Shown here in pieces: positions 37,998-53,887 of a stretch of 64,000 nucleotides of DNA. The position numbers and the translations under genes were made by a program. This DNA comes from Eledone cirrhosa (lineage: Eukaryota): the NCBI GenBank assembly GCA_964016885.1, contig OZ024741.1, forward strand, positions 339,016,001-339,080,000. The letters are read 5' to 3'. The notes under the pieces were generated by a model that ran no database searches, had not been told where the DNA came from, and was given only the letters and a program-made list of their open reading frames with translations. Each line of letters begins with the position of its first letter. Within the stretch, counting starts at the first letter, position 1.

Positions 37998-38050
37998 GAG
38001 ATTCCTGATGATTTCTAATGAATGAAACAGTTCTAGTCCTGTAGAATCTC
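37998..38050 (+). ncRNA. Type I hammerhead ribozyme within a family 2 element (37941-38065)
   Basis: GAGAUUC-CUGAUGA-UUUCUAAUGAAU-GAAA-CAG-UUCUAGUC-CUG-UA^GAAUCUC; 7-bp perfect stem I. Confidence 0.85.
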
Positions 38051-38064
38051 ATCTATATTAAAAC

Positions 38065-38102
<38 letters not shown>

Positions 38103-38693
38103 GATAAACATAGACAGAGAGGGGAGAAGAAGAAGAAACATTATAACCATTATATATGGAACAGATCAAGTGAAGAGAAAGACAATCTATCATTGGCATA
38201 TTGGCATGTTGGCATGTAATTATCTACTGCATATTGATGTGTTTTACAGAGTGGAAACACTTGTCTTTTTCCCATTCTTGTCAAGCAATTAATGCTTCTT
38301 TTTGCTTCCTTTATCTTTTAATTCTCTATTTTACTTTTATATTTTCTTTTCTTTTGTTCTTTTTTTACACATATTTATATATTGTTTTGTTTATAATGTT
38401 CTATGGCAGCAAAGATAGGATAGCTTTTGCCAATTTAGACATATGCATGTTTTTGGAACAGTTGTTTTCACAGCTAGATGCCCTTAACAAGTGAAGCGTG
38501 AAGTAGGAGTGAAACAAGATTACCAGCTAGACAAACAGAGATATAGACAGTCACTACCAGAGCCAGTGCTACTATAAAATGATTGTAATAGTAAAGTGTG
38601 TGCTGTGTGTATCTATCCACATATATATATGTGGATATGCATATATAGGTATGAGTGTATATATATATCTCTCTCTATCTATCTATCTATCTA

Positions 38694-38724
<31 letters not shown>

Positions 38725-38726
38725 TA

Positions 38727-38935
38727 TTATCATCATCATCACCATTTTACATCAATTTTTCCATGCTAGCATGGGTTAGACGGGTTGTCCTGTTATGGGC
38801 AATGCTAGGTCAGGTGACCATGTCTTGCACATACAGAACTGATTTTGGCTTGGTTTCTACAACCAGATTTCCTTCCTAATACCAACCTCATTTACAGTGA
38901 GTACTGGGTGCTTTTTGTAATGTCACCAGCACAAC
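38727..38935 (-). mobile_element. RTE subfamily B-like 3' fragment
   Basis: (atc)n then ccatgctagcatgggttagacgggttgtcctgtt. Confidence 0.8.
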
Positions 38936-39245
38936 CACAATACAAATATATTGTGGTAGAGATGTAGGAGCGCTATAGTGACATAGTATCTCTTGGCCAT
39001 TTTACACCTGGCAGAACCCATCTCCTTTCCAGGTCTGAATACAGCCATTTTTTTCCAGAGGAAGAGAGATAAAGGAAGTGAGAAAGAGATATAAAGAAAT
39101 TGGCTGCAGTAGCAGACTGGTACCTTTTTTTATCAACCTTGAAAGGATGAAAGGCAGAGTTGACCTTCAAAGTAAAAAGAGCTAGAATGAATACTGCAAA
39201 GCATTTTATCTGCTGTTCTAATGACTCTGCCAATTCACTGGCCAC

Positions 39246-41336
<2,091 letters not shown>

Positions 41337-42194
41337 TATTGTGCTTAAATGCTGTTTTAGTGCCACCACTAATTAAATATAATCAGCCAAACTTGCACTA
41401 TATGCAAATGAAATGTCTATTTCCAGCCAATGGTTTCTATTTGCTATATGCAAAAGATCATCCCCAACAAGTGATCATCATGCAAACTCCTAGAAGGACT
41501 ATAGTCTGTTTCCATGCCAGTATGGGTTGAGTGAGAGACACTGATGGAAGATTAACGAATCTTGAAACAGCATTGTCTGATACCCTCTGACAACTCAGGG
41601 ATATATTCACCAAGGGAAATAAAGAAAAAGAAAATTTGTACTTATAATAAATATATATAACATCCTCAAGCACTACCGTTATGTCTTTCTATTTGAAATA
41701 TTTACTTCTGCATCTATAGATTGATATTTCTCAGTTTCAGATGATCTCTCTTAGGGTGAAAGTAGAAATTATTTGCTTAAACTTGCTCTACAGGTTTATG
41801 AGCAATCAATCAACAAGATCCCAGACCTCATTCGCTTAACATGTGGGGTGGAACTCGTCAAATCAGACCGTGGAAACAATGTTTCTATTGGCCTTTCCAA
41901 TTGGTAATTGCTAATACTACCTAACGGTCACAAATTCAAGCAGAAGGAGCAACATAAAATAAAGGGTTTTGCTCAAGGACATAATGCATCACCTGGTTTG
42001 GGAATTGAACTCACAATCTCCAAATTACAAATCTAAATCTCTAACTACCCAGCCACTCAGGTTTATATATATATATATATATATACATATGCATATATAT
42101 ATATATATATATATATACAACCTTTATTAAGTCCTCTCTGGATTTTGGTCATTGTATTTATTATTATTGTTATTATTATTATTATTAATAATAA

Positions 42195-42615
42195 TAAAGT
42201 ACCAGTAATGCACTGAGGTCGATTTAATTGACTTTCCACTCTTTCCAAATTGCTGGCCTTGTGCCTATAATAGTAATCATTATTATTATTATATATTATC
42301 AAATCCGAGGTTGACTTTGTCTTTCATCCTTACGGGGTCGATAAAATAAAGTACCAGTAATACACTGGTTAATTGCTGGCCTTGTGCCTAACGTAGAAAC
42401 AATTATTTTATATATATATAAGGGCGGTGGATTAGCAGTATCGGTAGAGGGTCGTACGCCATGCTTTGACGCATAGAGTTACAGCCCTTGCCATTCTGAG
42501 GTCAAATCCCGCCGAGGTTAACTTTGCCTTTCATCCTTATGGGGTCGATAAAATAAAGTACCAGTGATGCGCTGGGTAATTGCTGGCCTTGTGCCAAAAA
42601 GTAGAAACAATTATT
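42195..42615 (+). mobile_element. Three tandem Nin/Deu-like SINE copies (two 5'-truncated, one full at 42422-42615)
   Basis: Repeated aaagtaccagt...ttgctggccttgtgcc. Confidence 0.85.
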
Positions 42616-42740
42616 ATATATATATTCCAATAACATATGTACATATTTCAACCATGACCATCCCAATTTTTTTTTTCCAGACATATTATTATATCTATGA
42701 CCACAACATAAAAATATGTTCCTTCCATTTTATGACTGAG

Positions 42741-42933
42741 AGTATGTGATTTCAGCAAGAATTAGCTATTATTTCTAGCAGGTCAATCTAGTGACCATGT
42801 AGAGGATCCTTTGTTTATTTGTGTCATGTCTAATGCAAGTATGTGATTTGAGCAAGAATTAGCTATTATTTCTAGCAGGTCAATCTAGTGACCATGTAGA
42901 GGTTCCTTTGTTAACTTGTGTCACGTCTAATGC
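42741..42933. repeat. 97-bp tandem duplication
   Basis: agtatgtgattt...gtctaatgc occurs twice. Confidence 0.9.
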
Positions 42934-43275
42934 TAAACATAATCTCATATCAGTGTCTTAATATGTGATCTTTGATGTATTAACATTAATTAGAGGACTT
43001 GATGATGTCATTAATCCCCGATGAGGAATTCTAATTAATCTGTTATCTTTTGTGGATTGAGAGTGAAGCTTAGCTGGTGTGTGGTGTGTGGTGGCTGGGT
43101 GGGGAAGTGGGTGGTTTTGAAACAGGGAGACACAAAGAGGGTGTCTTAGGGTGAGGGGGCGATATATATCTATCTCTCTATCTGTTTGTCCTCCTCTTCT
43201 CTCTCTCTCTCTCTCCACACACATACATATATATATAGTATTTCCCCCACCTCTCTCTCTCTCTCTCTCTTTTTC

Positions 43276-43317
<42 letters not shown>

Positions 43318-43509
43318 TCCATATTATTTAACATCAGTTTGTATGCGTGTATGTACATGTGAGCGTGTGTGTGTATATGTGTGCTTGTAGGTATGTGTGC
43401 ATGTATGCATGTGTGCAGTGTATGCATGTTGTGTGGTGTGAATATTGTGTTTATTGTGCATCTGTGCAACTGTGCATCTCTATATTCTGTACAAGTGTGC
43501 ATCACTAGA

Positions 43510-44056
43510 TTCTATGCAACTGTACAACTATGTAACTGCATCTCTCCCTTTTGTGCAACTGTGCAACTGCATCTCACCCAATTGTGCAATTGTATTTCTC
43601 TAAGTTCTGTGCAACTATGCATCTCTCCATTCTGTGCTACTGTACAGCTGTATCTCACCCATCTGTGCAACTGTATATATCACCCTTCTGTGCTACTGTA
43701 CAGCTGTATCTCACCCATCTGTGCAACTGTATATATCACCCTTCAGTGCAACTGTACAGCTGTATCTCACCCTTCTGTGCAATTGTGCAACTGTATATCT
43801 CTCCATTCTGTGCAACCATACAGCTGCATCTCACCCTTCTGTGGAATTGTGCAACTGTATATCTCTCCATTCTGTGCAACCATACAGCTGTATCTCACCC
43901 ATCTGTGCAACTGTATATCTCTCCATTCTGTGCAACCATACAGCTGCATCTCACCCTTCTGTGCAATTGTGCAACTATGCACCTCTCCATTCTGTGCAAC
44001 TATGCATCTCTCCATTCTGTAGCAACTGTGCATCTCTGTTCTGTGCAACTGTGCAT
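43510..44056. repeat. Composite 24-32-bp minisatellite built on tctgtgcaac
   Basis: ctgtgcaactgtatatctctccatt and cagctgcatctcaccctt subunits alternate. Confidence 0.85.
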
Positions 44057-44224
44057 TTGAGGTGATAAAAAGATTGTGTTGGTAGAGAGACATCACTGCA
44101 GCCCCTTCTGTCCACATCTTTCCAGCTGCAATTGGAGAAGTTTGTCAACATTTACCTCCCATCTAACAGATAGTCACATGAGGTGTGTATAAAGGATATC
44201 TGTCATAGGACAAAAAACACAAAA

Positions 44225-44505
44225 CTGACCGTGGCAGGATTTGAACTCAGAACACAGAGAGAGCCGCTGGAATATATACGACAAACTATTCTATCCAATG
44301 TTCCAGCAAGTCAGCCACTTCACCATGCATGTGTGCTTAATAATTGTTTCTAGTTTTGGCACAATGCCAGCAATTACCCCAGCGCATTAATGGTACTTAA
44401 TTTTAGCGACCCCCGTAAGGATGAAAGGCAAAGTTAACCTCGGCGGGATTTGAACTCAGAACGTAAAGGGCCATAATTTTATGCCGATTCTGCCAATCCA
44501 CCGCC
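44225..44505 (-). mobile_element. Two Nin/Deu-like SINE copies
   Basis: ggatttgaactcagaac (reverse B box) twice, with the core at 44390-44450. Confidence 0.8.
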
Positions 44506-45941
44506 ATTGTGTGTGTTTAATAATGCCATATGAGTCACTGCTAAAATCGAAATACATACACAATATATTTTGGAAGTAACTGCCAGAATCAATGTCATTT
44601 GGTATTTAGTCGACGGAGTTTTTATGTTTAGAGATATATTGTTGTCTCTCCAAAAGTCAACAATATCTCTTTCGACAAACGTTTGTCTAATTGAAACTCT
44701 TGCCAAACATGTACACATCAAATAATTATGGAAATATTTATCTAATAGCGAGGTGGATCAAGAAGATGGAGTATAGTGTGTCTTGTAACAAGCCATTCAC
44801 ATTGTATGTGTTTGTGTGTGTGTGTCTATTAGTGTGTATATGCGTGCATGTGTGTGTGTCTGTTTCTGTGGGTGTATATATGTGTCTTTGTGTGAGTATG
44901 TGTATGTGTGTCCCTGTATGTGCATTTGTGTGTGTGTGTATATCTGTGTAAGAGTGTATCTATGTATGTGTGTGTTAGTGTGTGTGTATGAGTGTGTATA
45001 TGTGTGAATGAGTGTGTATATTTGTGTGCATGTGTGTGTGTTCGCATGTGTGTATGTTATCGTGTGTGTGTGTGTGAACCCATCTTTATTGTTGGCAACG
45101 ACCACTTTCAAAATATAACAGTATCATCACTATTATCATCATCATTGTTATTTCCATCACCATCACCATAACCATCCTCATCACCCTTATCATTAACTTC
45201 ATCATCTTTTGTTTGTACCACCTTCATCATCATCATCATGACAGTCACACCACCATGATCACCATCATCACCACCACCACCCTCATCATTGGTTTTAGAC
45301 CCACTGTTCCCTCCTGGCATGATTTGAATAAAAGATTTTGAGGCAGGGTTTTATAGCTGTGCCCCTCCTCATACCAACCCCTTTAGTTATCTCTTATAAC
45401 ATGCAGAGATGCAGCATCATTATTTTATGAACCAGGATTCACCCCCACACACACATACATCTCTCTCTCTATATATATTTATGTGTTGTGTATATATATA
45501 TGTATATATATATATATAGTAATTAGATTAACAGTTTATATCTTGAAACGGATTAATTATCTCTCTATATAAATACAAGTTGTCTCTGTGTGTGTCCAGC
45601 TTGTAGTCAGAAATTTGAAAATAACACCTACGAAATATACACACTATTGTTCTCCATCCACCGGACAGGTAGTGGTAATATTTATTTCATGTCTGAAACA
45701 GTAATGTATATTAAATTCAATTCTTTTTATTTTCTCATATTTATATAAAAATCTTGCCATTTTGATTTGTGACTGAATCATATTAGCAGCTAGACAGTTC
45801 TTTTGAGCTTCTTCACTTTCTTCATATCTCTGTGACTTTCTTTCTTTTGTGCTCAGAAAATGACCTTCTATATAATGATCTGGATTCTTTCTGAGGCATT
45901 TGAAGTAATATTATACACCATAAGGATTAGGTTGACTTGAG

Positions 45942-48900
45942 ACTTACCTAAGGTGTCATGGGTTCACCTGAGACTGTGGTAAATCATACTTACCTAAGGT
46001 GTCATGGGTTAACCTGAGACTGTGGTAAATCATACTTACCTAAGGTGTCATGGGTTCACCTGTGACTGTGGTAAATCATACTTACCTAAGGTGTCATGGG
46101 TTAACCTGAGACTGTGGTAAATCATACTTACCTAAGGTGTCATGGGTTCACCTGTGACTGTGATAAATCATACTTACCTAAGGTGTCATGGGTTCACCTG
46201 TGACTGTGATAAATCATACTTACCTAAGGTGTCATGGGTTCACCTGTGACTGTGGTAATTCATACTTACCTAAGGTGTCATGGGTTAACCTGAGACTGTG
46301 GTAAACCATACTTACCTAAGGTGTCATGGGTTCACCTGTGACTGTGATAAATCATACTTACCTAAGGTGTCATGGGTTCACCTGTGACTGTGATAAATCA
46401 TACTTACCTAAGGTGTCATGGGTTAACCTGAGACTGTGGTAAATCATACTTACCTCAGGTGTCATGGGTTCACCTGTGACTGTGGTAAATCATACTTACC
46501 TAAGGTGTCATGGGTTCACCTGGGACTGTGGTAAATCATACTTACCTAAGGTGTCATGGGTTCACCTGTGACTGTGGTAAATCATACTTACCTAAAGTGT
46601 CATGGGTTCACCTGGGACTGTGGTAAATCATACTTACCTAAGGTGTCATGGGTTCACCTGTGACTGTGGTAAATCATACTTACCTAAGGTGTCATGGGTT
46701 CACCTGGGACTGTGGTAAATCATACTTACCTAAGGTGTCATGGGTTCACCTGTGACTGTGATAAATCATACTTACCTAAGGTGTCATGTGTTAACCTGAG
46801 ACTGTGGTAAATCATACTTACCTCAGGTGTCATGGGTTCACCTGAGACTGTGGTAAATCATACTTACCTCAGGTGTCATGGGTTCACCTGAGACTGTGGT
46901 AAATCATACTTACCTAAGGTGTCATGGGTTCACCTGGGACTGTGGTAAATCATACTTACCTCAGGTGTCATGGGTTCACCTGAGACTGTGGTAAATCATA
47001 CTTACCTAAGGTGTCATGGATTCACCTGAGTTTGTGGTAAATCATACTTACCTGAGGTGTCATGGGTTCACCTGAGACTGTGGTAAATCATACTTACCTA
47101 AGGTGTCATGGGTTAACCTGAGACTGTGGGAAATCATACTTACCTCAGGTGTCATGGGTTCACCTGTGACTGTGGTAAATCATACTTACCTATGGTGTCA
47201 TGGGTTCACCTGTGACTGTGGTAAATCATACTTACCTCACGTGTCATGGGTTCACCTGAGACTGTGGTAAATCATACTTACCTAAAGTGTCATGGGTTAA
47301 CCTGAGACTGTGGTAAATCATACTTACCTAAGGTGTCATGGGTTAACCTGAGACTGTGGTAAATCATACTTACCTCAGGTGTCATGGGTTCACCTGAGAC
47401 TGTGGTAAATCATACTTACCTCAGGTGTCATGGGTTCACCTGAGACTGTGGTAAATCATACTTACCTCAATGTGTCATGGGTTCACCTGAGACTGTGGTA
47501 AACCATACTTACCTAAGGTGTCATGGGTTCACCTGAGACTGTGGTAAATCATACTTACCTCAGGTGTCATGGGTTAACCTGATACTGTGGTAAATCATAC
47601 TTACCTCAGGTGTCATGGGTTAACCTGAGACTGTGGTAAACCATACTTACCTAAGGTGTCATGGGTTCACCTGAGACTGTGGTAAATCATACTTACCTCA
47701 ATGTGTCATGGGTTCACCTGAGATTGTGGTAAATCATACTTACGTCAGGTGTCATGGGTCACCTGTGACTGTGGTAATTCATACTTACATAAGGTGTCAT
47801 GGGTTCACCTGAGACTGTGGTAAATCACACTTACCTCAGGTGTCATGGGTTCACCTGAGACTGTGGTAAATCATACTTACCTCATGTGTCATGGGTTCAC
47901 TTGAGACTGTGGTAAATCATACTTACCTAAGGTGTCATGGGTTAACCTGAGACTGTGGTAAATCACACTTACCTCAGGTGTAATGGGTTAACCTGAGACT
48001 GGTAAATCATACTTACCTAAGGTGTCATGGGTTCACCTGAGACTGTGGTAAATCACACTTACCTCAGGTGTCATGGGTTCACCTGAGACTGTGGTAAATC
48101 ATACTTACCTCATGTGTCATGGGTTCACTTGAGACTGTGGTAAATCATACTTACCTAAGGTGTCATGGGTTAACCTGAGACTGTGGTAAATCACACTTAC
48201 CTCAGGTGTAATGGGTTAAACTGAGACTGGTAAATCATACTTACCTAAGGTGTCATGGGTTCACCTGAGACTGTGGTAAATCACACTTACCTCAGGTGTC
48301 ATGGGTTCACCTGAGACTGTGGTAAATCATACTTACCTCATGTGTCATGGGTTCACTTGAGACTGTGGTAAATCATACTTACCTAAGGTGTCATGGGTTC
48401 ACCTGAGACTGTGGTAAATCACACTTACCTCAGGTGTAATGGGTTAACCTGAGACTGTTAAATCATACTTACCTAAGGTGTCATGGGTTCACCTGAGACT
48501 GTGGTAAATCATACTTACCTAAGGTGTCATGGGTTAACCTGAGACTGTGGTAAATCATACTTACCTAAGGTGTCATGGGTTAACCTGAGACTGTGGTAAA
48601 TCATACTTACCTAAGGTGTCATGGGTTCACTTGTGACTGTGGTAAATCATACTTACCTAAGGTGTCATGGGTTAACCTGAGACTGTGGTAAATCATACTT
48701 ACCTCAGGTGTCATGGGTTCACCTGTGACTGTGGTAAATCATACTTACCTAAGAAATCATGGGTTAACCTGAGACTGTGGTAAATCATACTTACCTAAGG
48801 TGTCATGGGTTCACCTGTGACTGTGGTAAATCATACTTACCTATGGTGTCATGGGTTCACCTGTGACTGTGGTAAATCATACTTACCTCAGGTGTCATGG

Positions 48901-51460
48901 GTTCACCTGAGACTGTGGTAAATCATACTTACCTAAGGTGTCATGTGTTAACCTGAGACTGTGGTAAATCATACTTACCTCAGGTGTCATGGGTTCAACT
49001 GAGACTGTGGTAAATCATACTTACCTCAGGTTTCATGGGTTCACCTGAGACTGTGGTAAATCATACTTACCTAAGGTGGCATGGGTTAACCTGAGACTGT
49101 GGTAAACCATACTTACCTAAGGTGTCATGGGTTCACCTGAGACTGTGGTAAATCATACTTAACTCAATGTGTCATGGGTTCACCTGTGACTGTGGTAAAT
49201 CATACTTACCTCAGGTGTCATGGGTTCATCTGTGACTGTGGTAATTCATACTTACCTAAGGTGTCATGGGTTCACCTGAGACTGTGGTAAATCACACTTA
49301 CCTCAGGTGTCATGGGTTCACCTGAGACTGTGGTAAATCATACTTACCTAAGGTGTCATGGGTTCACCTGAGACTGTGGTAAATCATACTTACCTAAGGT
49401 GTCATGGGTTAACCTGAGACTGTGGTAAATCATACTTACCTAAGAAATCATGGGTTAACCTGAGACTGTGGTAAATCATACTTACCTAAGGTGTCATGGG
49501 TTCACCTGTGACTGTGGTAAATCATACTTACCTATGGTGTCATGGGTTCACCTGTGACTGTGGTAAATCATACTTACCTCAGGTGTCATGGGTTCACCTG
49601 AGACTGTGGTAAATCATACTTACCTAAAGTGTCATGGGTTAACCTGAGACTGTGGTAAATCATACTTACCTAAGGTGTCATGGGTTAACCTGAGACTGTG
49701 GTAAATCATACTTACCTCAGGTGTCATGGATTCACCTGAGACTGTGGTAAATCATACTTACCTCAGGTGTCATGGGTTCACCTGAGACTGTGGTAAATCA
49801 TACTTACCTAAGGTGTCATGGGTTAACCTGAGACTGTGGTAAACCATACTTACCTAAGGTGTCATGGGTTCACCTGAGACTGTGGTAAATCATACTTACC
49901 TCAATGTGTCATGGGTTCACCTGAGATTGTGGTAAATCATACTTACCTAAAGTGTCATGGGTTAACCTGAGACTGTGGTAAATCATACTTACCTAAGGTG
50001 TCATGGGTTAACCTGAGACTGTGGTAAACCATACTTACCTAAGGTGTCATGGGTTCACCTGACACTGTGGTAAATCATACTTAACTCAATGTGTCATGGG
50101 TTCACCTGAGATTGTGGTAAATCATACTTACGTCAGGTGTCATGGGTTCACCTGTGACTGTGGTAATTCATACTTACCTAAGGTGTCATGGGTTCACCTG
50201 AGACTGTGGTAAATCACACTTACCTCAGGTGTCATGGGTTCACCTGAGACTGTGGTAAATCATACTTACCTACGGTGTCATGGGTTCACCTGAGACTGTG
50301 GTAAATCATACTTACCTCAGGTGTCATGGGTTCACCTGAGACTGTGGTAAATCATACTTACCTCAGGTGTAATGGGTTAACCTGAGACTGGTAAATAATA
50401 CTTACCTAAGGTGTCATGGGTTCACCTGATACTGTGGTAAATCATACTTACCTAAGGTGTCATGGGTTAACCTGAGACTGTGGGAAATCATACTTACCTA
50501 AGGTGTCATGGGTTCACCTGAGACTGTGGTAAATCATACTTACCTCAGATGTCATGGATTCACCTGTGACTGTGGTAAATCATACTTACCTAAGAAATCA
50601 TGGGTTAACCTGAGACTGTGGTAAATCATACTTACCTAAGGTGTCATGGGTTCACCTGTGACTGTGGTAAATCATACTTACCTATGGTGTCATGGGTTCA
50701 CCTGTGACTGTGGTAAATCATACTTACCTAAGGTGTCATGGGTTCACCTGTGACTGTGGTAAATCACACTTACCTCAGCTGTCATGGGTTCACCTGAGAC
50801 TGTGGTAAATCATACTTACCTAAGGTGTCATGGGTTCACCTGAGACTGTGGTAAATCATACTTACCTCAGGTGTCATGGGTTCACCTGAGACTGTGGTAA
50901 ATCATACTTACCTCAGGTGTCATGGGTTCACCTGAAACTGTGGTAAATCATACTTACCTCAGGTGTCATGGGTTAACCTGAGACTGTGGTGAATCATACT
51001 TAGCTCAGGTGTCATGGGTTCACTTGAGACTGTGGTAAATCATACTTACCTCAGGCGTCGTGGGTTAAGCTGAGACTGTGGTAAATCATACTTACCTCAG
51101 GCGTCGTGGGTTCACCTGAGACTGGTAAATCATACTTACCTCAGGGCTCATCTGAGACTGTGGTAAATCATACTTACCTCAGTTGTCATTCTGTTCACCT
51201 AGGCTGTGGTAAATCATACTTACCTCAGGTGTCATGGGTTCACCTGAGACTGCGGTAAATCATACTTACCTAAGGTGTCATGGGTTCACCTGAGACCGTG
51301 GTAAATCATACTTACCTCATGTGTCATGGGTTCACCTGAGACTGTGGTAAATCATACTTACCTAAGGTGTGATGGGTTCACCTGAGGCTGTGGTAAATCA
51401 TACTTACCTAAGGTGTTATGGGTTCACTTGAGACTGTGGTAAATCATACCTCAGGTGTCA
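45942..51460. repeat. 46-bp satellite (acttacctmaggtgtcatgggttmacctgagactgtggtaaatcat), about 120 units
   Basis: 46-bp period (45942, 45988, ...) over 5.5 kb. Confidence 0.98.
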
Positions 51461-52144
51461 TACAGTAAGATTGAGCTGGAGATATTTGTAATCGTGAAAC
51501 AAACTCTTTAAATATTGGGCTCTGTTGTGTTTACATAAGTGTTGGGTGTGTGCCCATGTTGATGGTTGTGCGTGTGTGAGTGTGTGCGTGAGCGTGTGAG
51601 TGTTTGTGTGTGTAAGGAGTGCTAGTTGATGGTTGTGTGTGTGCGTGTGTGGGGGTGCTAGTTGTGTGTTGTGTGTGTGGGTGCTTGTTGATGTTTGTGT
51701 GTGTGTCTCTGTGTGCGTGTGTGTGTGTCAGTGTGTGCGTGTGTGTGTGCATGTTGATGGTTGTGTGTATGGAGTGTGTGTGTGCATGCTGATGGTTGTG
51801 CATTGTGTGTGTGTGAATGTGTGTGTGTGTGTTTACATAGTGGTATGAGTGTGGATGGGAGGGGTGGATGTGGATGATGAGGTGATAAACATTGATAAGG
51901 AATCCTAGCCCTCTCTTTATTCTGCTCTCAATTTCAACTTTGACATTCTACACAATACATCATTTCTCTGGCTCTATTTCTGCTGTCCTGCAGAACCTCC
52001 AAACACCTTTGACACTCTTCAACGCTTTCTACCGCTGCTACCACAACTACTGCCGCTGCCGCCACTGCTGCTGTTGCTACCATTCTTCTTCTCCACCTCC
52101 TCCCCCTCCTCCTCTCCCACCACCACTGGGTTGATTTTCTTTTT

Positions 52145-52625
52145 ACTATTGTTGTTGTTGGTGGTACTGTTGTTGTTGGTATTGTTGCTGTTGTCTTTGG
52201 TGGTATTGCTGTTGTTGTTGTTGGTATTGTTGTTGGTGGTGGTATTGCTGTTGTTGTTATTGTTGGTATTGTTGCTGTTGTCTTTGGTGGTATTGCTGTT
52301 GTTGTTGTTGCTATTGTTGTTGGTATTGTTGGTGGTGGTGGTGGTGGTATTGCTGTTGTTGTTGGTATTGTTGCTGTTGTCTTTGGTGGTATTGCTGTTG
52401 TTGTTGTTGGTATTGTTGTTGTTGTCTTTGGTGGTATTGCTGTTGTTGTTGCTATTGTTGTTGTCTTTGGTGGTATTGCTGTTGTTATTGTTGCTGGTGG
52501 TGGTATTGCTGTTGCTATTGTTGTTGTCTTTGGTGGTATTGCTGTTGTCGTTATTGTTGGTATTGTTGTTGTTGTTATTGTTGCTATTGTTGCTGTTGTT
52601 TCTGTTGATATTGCTGGTTGTGGTG
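52145..52625. repeat. (GTT/GGT/GCT) trinucleotide-derived repeat with recurring gtctttggtggtattgctgtt
   Basis: Low-complexity periodic sequence. Confidence 0.9.
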
Positions 52626-52885
52626 GTCCATTACAAATAACATTAGTTTGTTTACCCCACACCCCTCATACCCATGTCATCCTACTACACCCACCCCAAC
52701 TCTCTCTTACTACAACCCAGTCTGACACAAACAGTCTAGAGGAAGAACATCCTCCAACAACGAGACACAGCCAAATTAATTGATCAAGCTGAAACTTCGA
52801 AGTCACTCACACTTTTCTCTACAGAAAATAAATGTTACACGCTGCATACACATATTGACTATTCATTCAATTAATACACACACAC

Positions 52886-52915
<30 letters not shown>

Positions 52916-52920
<5 letters not shown>

Positions 52921-53128
52921 AACGAGTAGGACCCCGACGGCTGAGCTCAAGCCGTTTCGACGGCTAATTCTGGACTAAAAAAAGAGCCCAGTCCAGAATT
53001 AGCCGTCGAAACGGCTTGAGCTCAGCCGTCGGGGTCCTACTCGTTCCTATCACCCACTCTACTACCCTAAGTATTGAGTACTTTGGTGCGTTATGGTCCA
53101 CCTGGTTCCTTACCACATTTACTTCGTT
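52916..53128 (+). mobile_element. Hammerhead fold-back family 1 copy with perfect 61-bp arms
   Basis: 52916-52976 is the exact reverse complement of 52990-53050; GAAA-CGGC-UUGAGCUCA-GCCG-UC^GGGGUCC; TATTGAGTAC at 53072-53081; (TA)n flanks. Confidence 0.8.
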
Positions 53129-53727
53129 ATATATATATATATATATATATATATAAGTAAGTTTGTTTTCAAACAGCGAGCGAGTTTGAAAATAGAAATA
53201 GAAGCTTTCGCCGTATTTTTGACTAAAGAAATTTTAGCCCGATAGTGGGGTACTCATCTTTTTCAAGACTTATATAGAAAAGTAGCGTAACACCAAAACA
53301 ATAACATCAATAATAAAATACCGTATAATTAAAAGAATAATATCAATATTAAAACATGTATGGTAAATAGATAGAGAATTTACAGATGTAAAAGAGTAAA
53401 ATATAAGATAGGGTACATTAAAAAATAATAATAAGAAAATGAGGAAATGGAGAATACAAAGAAATAAAAGAGTGAGACAGTGTACGTAGAATTAGATTTT
53501 AGTAGTTTTTGAGGAAGTGTCTTTTAGTGCTAACATGAGAAACCAGATTGGAGATGTAGATAAATTTGTGTGGAGGGTCCGATAAAAGAAAAGACAATAA
53601 ATTAGAGATTAATTGATGTATACTTGTATGATATTTATGGGCTGACAGGGCGTTTGATAAGCGTTTGTTGTAGATGTTTTACTTTTCTATATAAGTCTTG
53701 CCTCGAGTGCACTGTTTCCATATCTAC

Positions 53728-53838
53728 GTGCTCTGATGTGTTGACCAGTGGTAAACAATGTATTGGAGTTCGATTGATGCAACCTCAAGCGATTAGCGAA
53801 CTCTAGACACACCTGATCAACGAAACAATTGTCAGTAC
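53728..53838 (+). ncRNA. Type I hammerhead with long stem II and A9U substitution
   Basis: GUGCU-CUGAUGU-GUUGACCAG...CUGAUCAAC-GAAA-CAAUUG-UC^AGUAC, then AAUAAA, and (TA)n about 50 nt later. Confidence 0.7.
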
Positions 53839-53887
53839 TTTAAATAAAGCCCTTATTGTACAGCCAACCATGTTACTCTTCTTTCTT

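Noticed and set aside
43369-44117. Cys-rich ORFs resembling metallothionein or keratin-associated proteins
   Set aside because: Open in all three plus frames and one minus frame because the minisatellite unit lacks stops.
45942-51460. CRISPR array or U1 snRNA gene cluster
   Set aside because: No unique spacers, and the U1 match stops after 10 nt.
51934-52662. Mucin-like Thr/Pro ORF (242 aa, minus)
   Set aside because: Derived from GTT/GGT repeats; an exon cannot be excluded but nothing in the sequence supports one.
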